This document shows, piece after piece, positions 1 through 10,200 of a stretch of DNA of 64,000 nt (positions are counted from its first letter, which is position 1; the number at the start of each line of letters is the position of its first letter). The position numbers and the translations under genes were made by a program. The notes under the pieces were generated by a model, which saw only the letters and a program-made list of their open reading frames with translations, did no database searches and was not told the DNA's origin. Source of the stretch: Bacteroidetes bacterium HLUCCA01 (GTDB lineage Bacteria > Bacteroidota > Rhodothermia > Balneolales > HLUCCA01); contig LIHN01000007.1 in NCBI GenBank assembly GCA_001314545.1, positions 31,217 through 95,216 on the forward strand, given 5' to 3'.

Positions 1-307
1 TTGTTTGAATAGAAACATACCTGCCATAATTCCCCCGATTAATTATTATTGAACAGACCTAAGACTACAGACCGCGTAAAACATGAGGAAAAAAGGAGCC
101 ATTTTTGAAAAAAAGCAGCCGCACATAGCCCCATGTCTCCGCATTATAGCTACTTATCGTTCTGCAATGTATTAAAAGTTTCAAATTGTTTTGCAGAATT
201 TTTCATTAAATGATTATTACGCATGGGCTATCGCTATCATACATCGGCAAACGCAGATAATTGACCGTTAGATCCTGTTTACGTGCTGAATTCCGTACCT
301 TTTCAGT

Positions 308-1783
308 ATGTCCCCAGTCCCTTACAGTATCTACATCCACGTCCCCTTCTGCCGGCAGGCCTGCAGTTACTGCGATTTCTATTTTATCACACGGCAGGAG
401 CTCATTCCGGCGTACACCGAAGCTTTGATTCGGGATATCCGTTCATCAGCTGATACATTTGTGGACGGCCTGACTTTGCAGCCTATGTGTTCGGAATCGG
501 CAGCGGAAAAATCACGCAATCCTTCCACGCAGAAAGTGCGGGAACGGCGCCCCCACCCGTCTGACCAGCAACTCGAAAACACTCCGGTTTCGCACACACC
601 CGAAGCTCAGCTCTCAAAACCGTACCTGAGCAGCGTCTATTTCGGCGGCGGAACGCCCTCCAGGCTGCCTGCCCGTACCATTGAACGTATCCTGGAAACA
701 ATCCACCGCCATCACGGTCTTGACTCGGTTCAGGAAATTACGATGGAGGCCAATCCTGACGACCTGACCAGCCTGCAGGCGGTACGGGATCTGAAAAACG
801 CCGGTGTAACCCGACTGAGTATGGGAGTACAATCTTTCAACCCGGACCTGCTTCAATTTATGAACCGGGCGCATAGTGCCCGCCAGGCCGAACAAAGTCT
901 GGACTTCATCCAGCAGGCTGATTTCAAAACCTACACCGTTGATCTTATCTACGGAAATCCCGGACAAACGCTCCGGCAGCTGGAAACCGACATAAAAACA
1001 TTTTTATCATGGAATCCACCACATATATCGGCTTATGCGCTGACCATTGAACCCGGAACGCGCTTAGGAAAAGCCCTGCAGCTGGGCAGGCTTACCGAGC
1101 CGGACGACCATGAAGTAGCCCGACACATGCAGCTGACCGTGAACTTGCTGGCCGATGCCGGACTACATCGCTACGAAGTCAGCAATTTCGCCCTGCCTGG
1201 TCACGAGGCGGTGCACAACAGCAGTTACTGGAACCACACCTCGTATCTGGGAATTGGTCCCGGTGCGCACGGTCTCCAACTCAGGAGCACCCCGGACGGT
1301 CGGCTCACGGGAGCACTGCGATGGTCGAACCCTGCCGATGTGCGCGCCTACATCCAGATGCATAAAGAAAAGACTTCCACTCGCCGGGAGTTCACACACG
1401 GAACCGAGACCGAAATCCTTTCCCCCACGCAGCTCGCTGAAGAGCGCCTGCTCATGGGACTACGTACCTCAGATGGCGTTCAAACAGGTGAACTCCTCGA
1501 ACGTTACGGCTACCAGCTCTCGGAAAAACAGCTGCGCTATCTGGAAAAAATGCGTTCGGAGGGATATTTCCACCCCCTTTCAGACACAAAATTTACCACC
1601 CGGGAGGCCGAACAAAGGCTTCCGGCAGCAGAGGGTGGTCCGGCGGAAGTGGAGCAACGACTTGGTGAGGTCGCAGATAATCCATCGGAGGTAAAACAAG
1701 ATCCCGAATCATCACAGCTGCTCAGGCTCACCGATGCGGGGTTGGCGCTTGCTGACCGTCTCACCCTGGAGTTGCTTTCCTGA
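308..1783 (+). CDS. hemW: Radical SAM HemN-like protein (HemW-type heme chaperone / oxygen-independent coproporphyrinogen oxidase-like)
   Basis: 491-aa ORF with the N-terminal radical-SAM CxxxCxxC motif (HVPFCRQACSYCDFYF) and a downstream GGGTPS motif. It has a HemN_C-like tail. A roughly 50-aa low-complexity insertion lies between the two motifs, and a second one sits near the C-terminus. Confidence 0.85.
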   Translation: MSPVPYSIYIHVPFCRQACSYCDFYFITRQELIPAYTEALIRDIRSSADTFVDGLTLQPMCSESAAEKSRNPSTQKVRERRPHPSDQQLENTPVSHTPEAQLSKPYLSSVYFGGGTPSRLPARTIERILETIHRHHGLDSVQEITMEANPDDLTSLQAVRDLKNAGVTRLSMGVQSFNPDLLQFMNRAHSARQAEQSLDFIQQADFKTYTVDLIYGNPGQTLRQLETDIKTFLSWNPPHISAYALTIEPGTRLGKALQLGRLTEPDDHEVARHMQLTVNLLADAGLHRYEVSNFALPGHEAVHNSSYWNHTSYLGIGPGAHGLQLRSTPDGRLTGALRWSNPADVRAYIQMHKEKTSTRREFTHGTETEILSPTQLAEERLLMGLRTSDGVQTGELLERYGYQLSEKQLRYLEKMRSEGYFHPLSDTKFTTREAEQRLPAAEGGPAEVEQRLGEVADNPSEVKQDPESSQLLRLTDAGLALADRLTLELLS

Positions 1784-1862
1784 GGGATTCATCCGCTGTT
1801 TCTTTCAGATTTTGCCTATCATTACAACGCAAACACCTCACATAATCAATTCTCTGACATCT

Positions 1863-2291
1863 ATGTATACAGGATTTCAGCATCTACACTCCTACATGTC
1901 GTATCTGGTTCTCGCCGGACTCGTCATCAGTATCATAATGGCACTCAAAAACTATCTGACCAGGCAGCCTTTTACCGACAAAGACCGCAAAATGGCACTC
2001 CTCGGACTGATACCTACCCATCTTCAGTGGATATTCGGACTCATCCTATATTTTCTTTCACCATTGGGATTATCCAGTCTCTCCGGCGAAACTATGAGTA
2101 ACAGCACCTTGCGACTGTACTCCATTGAACATCCCTTTACGATGATTTTGGCGGTGGTACTCATCACCATCGGTTTTGCAAAAGCCAAGCGCGGCAGCGA
2201 CCCCAAAAAACAATTTATGTTTATCTGGGCCTTTTACCTGCTTGGCCTGCTGCTCATCCTGGTACGGATTCCCTGGGCCGCCTGGCCATAA
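1863..2291 (+). CDS. Hypothetical small integral membrane protein (about 4 TM helices)
   Basis: The in-frame ATG at 1863 is the first start after the hemW stop; the track ORF from 1734 overlaps hemW. Four hydrophobic segments are present (YLVLAGLVISIIMAL, WIFGLILYFL, FTMILAVVLITIGF, FIWAFYLLGLLLILV). I recognise no family. Confidence 0.55.
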   Translation: MYTGFQHLHSYMSYLVLAGLVISIIMALKNYLTRQPFTDKDRKMALLGLIPTHLQWIFGLILYFLSPLGLSSLSGETMSNSTLRLYSIEHPFTMILAVVLITIGFAKAKRGSDPKKQFMFIWAFYLLGLLLILVRIPWAAWP

Positions 2292-2358
2292 AAACGCCCG
2301 GCTGTAAAAACGCCTGGCCATAAAAATGCCTGGCATAAAAACGCCCGGCCATACAACC
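2280..2358. repeat. Tandem array of five copies of a 15-16-bp unit, consensus GCCYGGCCATAAAAAC
   Basis: Read directly: gcctggccataaaaac / gcccggctgtaaaaac / gcctggccataaaaat / gcctggcataaaaac / gcccggccatacaacc. The first unit contains the TAA stop of the 1863-2291 gene. Confidence 0.8.
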
Positions 2359-2507
2359 CCGTGCAAGAAGTACCAATCCGGTTGCTATCCCTGTGGGATT
2401 ATGCCCGGGTGTCCGCAGCTAGTCTGTCTGCCGGGCACCGTTAGTGAACCGTGACACCCCCGGCAGCAGGCAGAGCTGTCAGTCAGAGAAAAGGAGGGCA
2501 TCGAAGC

Positions 2508-3167
2508 TCACGCCAGCCGACCGTCGTGCAGCCTGATCAGTTGTTTCGCAAACGAAGCGTCATGATCCGAGTGCGTGACCATGACGATGGTGGTTCCGTT
2601 TTGGTTCAGGTCTTTAAGCAATGCCATTACCTGTTCGCCGTTGGATGAATCCAGATTTCCGGTAGGTTCATCGGCAAATATCAGCTTTTGATTCCCCACA
2701 ATAGCCCTGCAGATAGCCACACGCTGCTGTTGACCGCCAGAAAGCTGATACGGGAAATGTCCGGACCGATGGGCAATTTCCAGCCGCTCCATAACCTCGC
2801 CAACCTTTTTTTTCCGGTTCAGAGAACTCATTCCCTGATAAATCAGCGGCAACTCGATGTTTTCAAAGACCGTAAGCTCGTCAATCAGATTAAAGCTCTG
2901 AAAAATAAAGCCCACATGGTGCTTGCGAAGCAGGGCACGTTCCCGTTCCGTTGCTCCGGACACATCCCGGTTCATGAACTCGTAACGACCCTCGCAGGGG
3001 TTATCCAGCAGACCCAGTACATTCAGTAAGGTCGACTTCCCGCATCCTGACGGACCCATAATCGCCACGAAGTCGCCCTGATCAATAGTCAAATTCACAT
3101 CATCTAACGCCGTAGTTTCCACATCGGCCGTTTTGTAACGTTTGGTAAGATTCTCTGTTCTGATCAT
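2508..3167 (-). CDS. ABC transporter ATP-binding protein (MacB/LolD-type)
   Basis: Walker A GPSGCGKST, ABC signature LSGGQQQRVAICRA, Walker B LIFADEPT and an H-loop VTH. Confidence 0.9.
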   Translation of the reverse strand: MIRTENLTKRYKTADVETTALDDVNLTIDQGDFVAIMGPSGCGKSTLLNVLGLLDNPCEGRYEFMNRDVSGATERERALLRKHHVGFIFQSFNLIDELTVFENIELPLIYQGMSSLNRKKKVGEVMERLEIAHRSGHFPYQLSGGQQQRVAICRAIVGNQKLIFADEPTGNLDSSNGEQVMALLKDLNQNGTTIVMVTHSDHDASFAKQLIRLHDGRLA

Positions 3168-3208
3168 GATTTCATCTGATTGTTGTTCCTGAATTAAAAC
3201 GACTGCAG

Positions 3209-4462
3209 TTATTCCAGAATAAGGCGGGTATTATCGCCAAAATCCTGATACGACGAGGTTATCACACGCTCACCGGGCTCAAGTCCTTCTTCGATAGCAT
3301 AAAACCGGGCATTTTGTCGACCAATGCGGATATCCCGGCGCTCCGCAGCAGTACCTTCCGAATTAAGTACGAAGACCCATTGTCCGCCGGTTTGCTGAAA
3401 GAAACCGCCCCGGGGAATGAGTACTGCATCCGCCAGATCACTGAATGCCAGTCGTAAACGAATGGTTTGCCCGCGACGGAGCGATGCAGGCGCTGCTCCG
3501 GTAAAATCCAGCTCCACCTGGAACCGTCCGTCAATCACTTCCGGAAAAATGCGGGTTACCGCCATGGTCCAGGTCTGCCCTTCAAGATCAAACTCAGCGG
3601 TTTGCCCGGCTTCAACACGGGTGATATAAATTTCATCGATTTGAGCGCGCATCCGATACCCCTCCAGCACGTCAATTTGTCCGAGACGCTGCCCCACCGA
3701 CTTCGTCTCACCTATTTCGGCGTCCAGTGCGGTGAGCTGGCCGGAAATTGGCGCGGTGATTACAAGGTTATCCAGAATGTCGGAGACCAGATCCAGGTTT
3801 CGCTGCATATTGACCAGCGACTCTGCGATGAACCGAAGTTCACTTTCTGTGGCGGCTGAGTCCAATGCCAGCTGCTCCGCAAATAAGTCGCGGCGCAGGC
3901 GAACCTGTTCAAACTGCTGCAGGGAGCTTTCAAACTGATGCGGTGCAACCAGCCCCCGGCTGAACAAGGTAGAATCACGCTGATAATCCCGTCGGCGTTG
4001 CTGCAGTTCCGTCTCATGCGTAAGCAGGTCACTGCGCAGATCAAGCCGCTGCTGCTGCAGGGCGATGCGGGTGTTGCGAAGATTGTTCATCTGTTCGAGA
4101 ATCTGCGTTTCCCGATTCATCACGTCCAGCTGCAAGTTGTTATTGGAAAGAACCAACAAGGTATCACCGGCAACCACATTCCTTCCGCTTTCGGCCATCA
4201 CCCTTTCTACCCTGCCACCCTCAACGGCATCCAAAATAATAGAGCGCAGCGGCACGGCCGCGGCATTTACCGTAATAAACTCCCGGAATGGTGCCCGCTC
4301 AACCGCAGATATTGTCAGATTACCTGTGTCAATTCGCATGGATTGGGAGCCAGACTCCCTGAACCCATACATCCACACCAGGTACAAAACCAGCACAGCC
4401 CCGCCTGCGGCAAAGACGGCCGATTTAAAATTCCAGGATGACTTTTCGATTTTTCTGTCCAT
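3209..4462 (-). CDS. HlyD-family periplasmic adaptor (membrane fusion protein) of an ABC-type efflux system
   Basis: Internal ATG at 4462 (MDRKIEKSSW...) is followed by one TM helix, a long Q/L/R-rich coiled-coil region and a beta-rich C-terminus. The gene lies 41 nt upstream of the ATPase on the same strand. Confidence 0.8.
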   Translation of the reverse strand: MDRKIEKSSWNFKSAVFAAGGAVLVLYLVWMYGFRESGSQSMRIDTGNLTISAVERAPFREFITVNAAAVPLRSIILDAVEGGRVERVMAESGRNVVAGDTLLVLSNNNLQLDVMNRETQILEQMNNLRNTRIALQQQRLDLRSDLLTHETELQQRRRDYQRDSTLFSRGLVAPHQFESSLQQFEQVRLRRDLFAEQLALDSAATESELRFIAESLVNMQRNLDLVSDILDNLVITAPISGQLTALDAEIGETKSVGQRLGQIDVLEGYRMRAQIDEIYITRVEAGQTAEFDLEGQTWTMAVTRIFPEVIDGRFQVELDFTGAAPASLRRGQTIRLRLAFSDLADAVLIPRGGFFQQTGGQWVFVLNSEGTAAERRDIRIGRQNARFYAIEEGLEPGERVITSSYQDFGDNTRLILE

Positions 4463-4679
4463 ATATATAAGAGTGTTTCGCAGGCCATTTGTGACAAAAA
4501 TAATTTTACGGTCCCGCCAACAGACCGTCAAACACAAATTTCACAACGATTTTTTTTTAGTGTAAACCAAATCTTACCTATATTTTTCAACGATTTAAGG
4601 GTTTGGTCAACGCGCATAGACTTCTGAGTCCCGCACCTGCAATCTGTATAAAATTTTTAGTCGTAAAACGCCATATTTT

Positions 4680-7088
4680 ATGAATCGCGGTTTTTTCACC
4701 TTAGTATTTCGAAGACTCAGAAGCGAGATGCTGTATACCATTATAAAGATTGTCGGCCTCGCAACGGCTCTGGCATCTGCATTTCTGATCTATCTGTACA
4801 CGGCTGATGAACTCCGTTTCGACCGTCATAACGAGGCTGCTGAAACCCTCTACCGCGTGATACAGATTCCCCGTGAAGGGACCGATCTGGAACCCGCCGC
4901 CATAACACCCTTTCCGCTGCACAACCTCCTTCAGGAACAATACCCCCATGTCATTGAAAGCAGTGCGAGGCTGTTCAATAACCGGCTTCCGCGTGTTTCT
5001 ATGCGGTATGCTGATGGCGAGAAACAATTTTACGAACGGCGATTTTTCTTTGCAGACAGCACGCTCTTCAACATTTTTGATGTGACATTTATTCAGGGCG
5101 ATGCAGCTACAGCCCTGTCAAGACCCGACGCAATGGTCATGACCCGGGAAACGGCCCGCCGGTATTTCGGAGATGATGATCCCATCGGAAAAGTGGTCCG
5201 CTTTGACGGCCGGTTCGACCTCACGGTAACTGCAGTCATTGAGCGCCTTCCGGAGACCTCCCACGTGCAATGGGATGTGTTGGCATCGATGGAATCGCTC
5301 TCAGGACTATTTCAGGGTGGTATCCCTCAAACCTGGGACTGGAGTATTGTGTGGACCTACGTCCGTGCGGCACAGGGGGTTTCTCAAACGGAGCTGGATG
5401 AAGCCCTGGCTCAGCTATCTGTAGACGTTGAGGACCGTATCCGCTCGTCACCTGCCTGGTTTATTAGCCAGCCGGTTATCGATATCCGTCTGCATTCCGA
5501 TCTTTACGCTGAAATCGGTCCGGTCAGCAGCATGGCCTACATCAAAATTCTTGCCTGGATAGCCGGGTTCATACTCACTATAGCCGTAATCAATTTTGTG
5601 AATATGTCGCTGGCTACATCCGCATCGCGTACGGTAGAAGTGGGGATGCGAAAAGTACTGGGCGCCGGTCGTACACAGATTTTCCGTCAATATATGAGCG
5701 AGGCCCTGGTTACGGGGCTGCTGGCCCTGGCCGGAGCTATCTTGTTATTGGTGGCCCTGATGCCATGGTTTGGTGAAATAACGGGCAGAGACGCCACCCT
5801 TTCGGTGCTGAAATCTGTGCATTTCTGGGTTTTCGCCGCAGGAATCAGCGTACTTTCCGCCTCGGTAGCCGGTTTATACCCGTCGTTGGTTCTGTCAGGC
5901 TGGTCGCCGCTGAAACTATTCCGTGAAAACCGGAATTCCGAGAGCTCCGGGGCGTGGCTGTCGCGCGGGCTGATTTTGATTCAGTTCAGTGTTGCAGCCT
6001 TTCTGATCGCCGGTACCTGGGTTGTTTTCAATCAACTGGATTTTATGCGCAATGAACGACTGGGATTTGACCATGAGCAGACCGTTGTCATTCCGGCCGG
6101 TTTAACGCGCATGATTTTCTTCTGGGATGCGTATCGCGACCAGGCCCGGCAGCATCCGCAGGTCCGGCAAGTAATTGGTACCAATGTCATCTTTGGCATA
6201 GAAAACCAGACGTTTGGCTATCTGATTGATGGCAGGGTTGATGAGGGCGAAGTAACTGTACCTCTATATTTTGTGACAGAAGGATTTGAAGAAGTATTCG
6301 GACTGGAGTTGGTTGCCGGCAGAACATTCTCATCCGATTTTATCAATGACGCCACGGAATCGGTCATTGTAAACGAACGGTTTGTACAGCAAATGGGCTA
6401 CGGTAACCCCCTGGAAGCTATAGGGAGGTCACTGCAGCGAGACAGTTTTCAGTTCAATATCATCGGAGTGGTGCGCGACTTCAACTTTGCCAGCCTTCAC
6501 ACAGAAATTGAACCCCTGGTTTTCGAAATGCCCAAAAATATTCCTGCACAAATCGGCTACGTGATGGCCCGCCTTGAACCGGGTAATCCGGAGGCTGCAC
6601 TCGGCGCTTTGGAGGCAGCCTGGAAAGAAGTCGATCCAAACCGTCCCTTCGAGTATTTCTGGCTGGATGAGCAAATTCAACAGCAATATGAAAATGAACA
6701 ACAATTAGCCGGCGTGTCGGGGTTTTTCGCCCTCATCGCCATAGCACTGTCGTGTTTCGGTCTTTTCGGGCTCGCCTCGTACACCACATTACGGAAACGA
6801 AAGTCTGTCGGCATCCGAAAAGTACTGGGTGCCTCTACCGGACAACTGGTGATGCTGTTAAGCCGTGAATTTATATTGCTGGTAATAGCAGCCAATCTTC
6901 TGGCGCTTCCTGCGGTTATCTGGATTATGGGGAGCTGGCTGGAAGGATTCGCATACCGTACTGAAATAGGACCGGTTATTCTGATTTCAACATTCCTGCT
7001 CACCATACTGATTGCCTTCTCTTCGGTATCCTGGCAAACCATACGGGCAGCCTCGCAGAATCCGGTTGACAGTATACGGCATGAATGA
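4680..7088 (+). CDS. ABC transporter permease, duplicated FtsX/MacB type
   Basis: 802 aa with two FtsX-like 4-TM bundles. Each is preceded by a large periplasmic domain and carries the motif G(M/I)RKVLGA (EVGMRKVLGAGRTQ and SVGIRKVLGASTGQ). The gene is divergent from the adaptor-ATPase pair. Confidence 0.85.
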   Translation: MNRGFFTLVFRRLRSEMLYTIIKIVGLATALASAFLIYLYTADELRFDRHNEAAETLYRVIQIPREGTDLEPAAITPFPLHNLLQEQYPHVIESSARLFNNRLPRVSMRYADGEKQFYERRFFFADSTLFNIFDVTFIQGDAATALSRPDAMVMTRETARRYFGDDDPIGKVVRFDGRFDLTVTAVIERLPETSHVQWDVLASMESLSGLFQGGIPQTWDWSIVWTYVRAAQGVSQTELDEALAQLSVDVEDRIRSSPAWFISQPVIDIRLHSDLYAEIGPVSSMAYIKILAWIAGFILTIAVINFVNMSLATSASRTVEVGMRKVLGAGRTQIFRQYMSEALVTGLLALAGAILLLVALMPWFGEITGRDATLSVLKSVHFWVFAAGISVLSASVAGLYPSLVLSGWSPLKLFRENRNSESSGAWLSRGLILIQFSVAAFLIAGTWVVFNQLDFMRNERLGFDHEQTVVIPAGLTRMIFFWDAYRDQARQHPQVRQVIGTNVIFGIENQTFGYLIDGRVDEGEVTVPLYFVTEGFEEVFGLELVAGRTFSSDFINDATESVIVNERFVQQMGYGNPLEAIGRSLQRDSFQFNIIGVVRDFNFASLHTEIEPLVFEMPKNIPAQIGYVMARLEPGNPEAALGALEAAWKEVDPNRPFEYFWLDEQIQQQYENEQQLAGVSGFFALIAIALSCFGLFGLASYTTLRKRKSVGIRKVLGASTGQLVMLLSREFILLVIAANLLALPAVIWIMGSWLEGFAYRTEIGPVILISTFLLTILIAFSSVSWQTIRAASQNPVDSIRHE

Positions 7089-7173
7089 ACTCCGTAAACG
7101 ACGCCGGTGACTATGTCCGGGCTCTGCGATTTTTCATAGGATTCCGAGCGGAATTCCTGTATATTTGAAGTCT

Positions 7174-7272
7174 GGGGTAAGTCTCATACGACTAGCTCCC
7201 TCTGAACTCCGCCAGGACCGGAAGGTAGCAACGGTAAGAGGTTGTAGCGGTGCGATATGAATCGCTTACCCC
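7174..7272 (+). ncRNA. ffs: Signal recognition particle RNA (small bacterial 4.5S type)
   Basis: Contains the conserved helix-8 core ccgccaggaccGGAAggtagcaacgg with a GGAA tetraloop. The 5' end ggggtaag pairs with the 3' end cttacccc, and catacg pairs with cgatatg. A 7-T run follows (7273-7279). Confidence 0.8.
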
Positions 7273-7277
7273 TTTTT

Positions 7278-10200
7278 TTATTCTTCCAGCTTTTCCAGAA
7301 TAATTTCAATAGCCCGCACCAACTGCGGATCCCGGTTGTTAACACGGTCAGCAAACGTTTTCGGCACCTCTACATCCGGTGCTACACCTGTAAACTCCAG
7401 GTTTTCACCTGTAAATGTATACACACCCCAGGAAGGCAGGCGATAGAACGACCCATCCACCAGTCCCGCACCCGAAGTGAAGATAATCCAGCGATACGTC
7501 TCCATCCCCACAATAGTGCCCAGTCCCAGTTCACGGAAACCCGCAGCAGTCATTTCGGCGTCGCTGAGCGAATGCTCATTAATCAGAAGCACGGTTGGTT
7601 TGATCCCCGGTGTGAAGTTGGATTGAGGTGCAAGCGGACCGCCCCGATACCCCCAGTTCAGGTAGGGTTGCTGCGACAAAAACCTAAGTACTTCGTCGTG
7701 CACATTCCCACCGGTATTGTAGCGCAGATCCAGAATCAGAGCTTCCCTGCCCTGCCCTTCCGAGACCATCTCCTCCAAAAAATGCTGCAATTCACCGCCG
7801 CCCATATTTTTCATATGGATATACGCAATGCGGCCCTCAGACGACTCGTCAACAATTTCCTGGCGTTCATGCATCCATTCATCGTAGAGCAGATTGCGCA
7901 CCACCGCATACGATACCGGAGTCACCGTGTGCTCAAAACCTTGTCCGTCCCGCTCAAAGCGAAGCACCAGTTCATCCGGTCTGCCGGGGAATGAAAAGTA
8001 ATACTCTCGGTTTTGACCCTGATCCACCTCAACCCCGTTTACTGCCGTCAAAACGTCGCCAGAACGCAACCCGTCAACGGCAGTCAGTGCCCGGGCACCC
8101 CGAACCACCCCCCGCACCTCAAAGGGATTGGCTGAATCAAAGACAATACCCGTGGCGGCTGTGGCACTGCCATGATAGACTTCCTCCTCCGACCCGCTGG
8201 AACCAAAACCAATATGCGAGGTATTCAGCTCGCCCAGCATATCGTTTTTCAACTCACGCAGATCGGCCCTACTGCGCACATAAGGCATAAACCGCCGGTA
8301 GCGCTCACGGATGGCTTCCCAATCGCGGCCATGAAAATCTTCATTATAGAAATTGGATTCCAGATTGGCCCACATCTCCTCAAACATCTGATCAAATTCC
8401 GCACGCAGATTTCGCTGGAACGTATGACGTATGTCCAATTTTTTGACCGATCCACCGGAAAGATTGAGGGTATGAATATCACCGCCGAGTAGCAGCCAGT
8501 GCTTTCCGTCGACCTCAACGGGCGATGCAGCCCAAAGCTCAGTACCGGCAATTTTCTCCGTAACCGGCGACTCAAACGGTTCAAAAACCGTCTTCCACAA
8601 CGCAAAACGACCCTCATCATGGTTCGATCGGTACACCACATAGGTCTTATCACCGTCGATGTGCACAAAAGGACTGGTCTGGGTGCCAAATGAAGGGCCA
8701 ACCTGCTCCCAGCGGTCTGCCAGACCCCCGGCGTTAATCGTCACTTGAACCAACTGCTCAGCGTCCTCATCGTCCTCGTCGGTTTCAAAAAGCGCCTGAA
8801 CGCGACCCGATCGCAGGGATGGCTGTATGTAATCGAGCGCAATCCGATAGATATCGGAATCACGCATACCGTAGGGATAGGCGGGTCGGGTACGGTTAGT
8901 CTGAAAATAGATGTACCTGCCGTCGGGCGACCAAAAAGGCTGGGTCTCTGACACGTAGGTATCGGTAATAGCCAGGGTTTGGGCTGTTTCCAGCTCGTGA
9001 ACGTAGATATTCTGCTCAAATGTGCGGTAAGCTGTGAACAGGATATAGCGATCATCCGGTGAAAACGAAGGCCGTGACCATTGAATATCCCATACCTGAT
9101 CTTCCACCACGGTTTGACTCTCAAAGGAGCTGAGCTCCATAATCCGCACCTGGTCCCGACCGCTCAGATAGACTGCACGGGTTCGGTCATTGCTTAGTGC
9201 TAACCCCCGGTTATTTCGCAGATCCGAAGTACGCTGTATCTCCGGTCCGTTGCCGGAGGCATCCATAGTAAACCAGTTCTGATATCCGTTCCAGGTTTGG
9301 TTGAATAGAATGGTTCGGTTGTCATCCATCCAATACACCTCCATCACCCGTCCGTCGCTGCGAGTGGGCATGTGCCGGACAAACTTGCCCTCAGCATCCG
9401 AAACAAATAGTTCACCACGGGATACAAAGGCCAGCTTATCGGTATCCGGGGATACGTCAAATGCAGTAATATTTCCCTGAACCCGGAAGTCCTGCCCGCG
9501 CTCCAGTGTAGAATTACCGAATACGCTGAATATCACCGGCTGTGCCTGTCCTTCGGCTACATCATAGTGCCACAGCTGATAATCGCGGGTGAAAACCACA
9601 CGACTTCCATCGGCACTGACCCGCGGATGCTTCACGGAAGTATCAAATTCGGTCAGCAGCACAGGTGTCCCTTCACGGTTGAGCCGGTAGAGGTTATATT
9701 CTCCGTTCCAGGCATCGGACACATAGAAAATTGTACCGTCACGACTCACCGAAGGCCACATATTCTTTCCATCGTGGCTGGTCAGCACGCGGTATGCCTC
9801 GCCGGAGACACCATCGCCCGTCGAGCCGCCGGTCTGAGGTGCGGAGGCACCTTGTTGGGACGGAGCCCCGGAGCTGTTGCGACCGCCCGCGTCCGGATCC
9901 GGATGATACTGCTCAATTTGTGGAGCAAAAGCACCACGATATCCCTTTCGATGCGCCTGATTCTTGCTTTCCCATGAGGTATTGAACAGGAAACTGCCGT
10001 CCGGATGGGCAGCCAGATTATGGTCGTTGACATGATAATGGCGAAATAACCGTGCAGGCGTTCCACCGTCAAGGTCTACCTGCCAGGTGCTGAACCGGTT
10101 TTCCCGGTTCGATGTGAAATATAGTGTGGAGCTATCCCACGACCATCCCTCCAGCTCGTCGGTCGCTTCGTGCCAGGTCAATTGCCGTATCTCACCGCCA

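Noticed and set aside
2280-2358. Whether this or the other tandem repeats (10451-10628, 25235-25375, 57305-57475) could be CRISPR arrays.
   Set aside because: The units are contiguous with no unique spacers and their periods (16, 18/36, about 30, 47 bp) do not fit repeat-spacer architecture. No cas genes are present.
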